From Lepidodermella squamata (Eukaryota; Animalia; Gastrotricha), in contig JBLDXI010000004.1 of assembly GCA_047495785.1 (NCBI GenBank), positions 186,001-250,000 on the forward strand: a DNA stretch of 64,000 nt. The letters are read 5' to 3'. The translations under genes and the position numbers were made by a program. Positions 63,898 to 64,000 of the stretch are shown here, in pieces. Position 1 is the first letter of the stretch. Every line of letters begins with the position of its first letter. Below the pieces are notes generated by a model. The model did not search any database and had not been told where the DNA came from. It worked only from the letters and a program-made list of their open reading frames with translations.

Positions 63898-64000
63898 GTA
63901 TGCCATAATCCTAATTCATCCTAATGGAAATTTCAACAAATGTCTTAAATTCATGATGGTCAAAGAATTTTAATATAAATAATTTCTAGACGTTTTGGTT

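Noticed and set aside
1-64000. CRISPR arrays, rRNA/tRNA genes or prokaryotic operons
   Set aside because: None seen; the sequence is intron-rich eukaryotic DNA and its repeats are TE-derived.

Overview
AT-rich animal (invertebrate-type) genomic DNA with many short (~45-70 nt) spliceosomal introns, so most six-frame ORFs are exon fragments or spurious. Splicing by hand shows a tandem cluster of one gene family: nine copies (A-I) plus relics. They encode secreted proteins with a signal peptide and a stack of ~45-55 aa four-cysteine modules (consensus about RCF-x8/10-C-x3/6-C-x15/20-C). All complete copies share modules 1-5 with the same intron positions. Their C-termini differ: one C-type lectin domain (C, D, pseudogene F), two CTLDs (B), two LamG/pentraxin-like domains (H, fragment H'), or only further Cys modules (E, G; 12 modules). 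The cluster also shows head-to-head pairs of two subfamilies, a shared upstream CACGCG/CACGTG motif, GC-AG introns, gene-conversion patches and pseudogenes. Introns and spacers hold many transposons: a decayed CMC/EnSpm-type transposase with a divergent second gene, a near-intact Sola1-like transposase, two RLE non-LTR fragments, a Helitron-like end, and hAT, Harbinger and Tc/mariner MITEs with TIRs/TSDs. Gene models were built by eye without transcript data, and family assignments come from motifs, not database searches.
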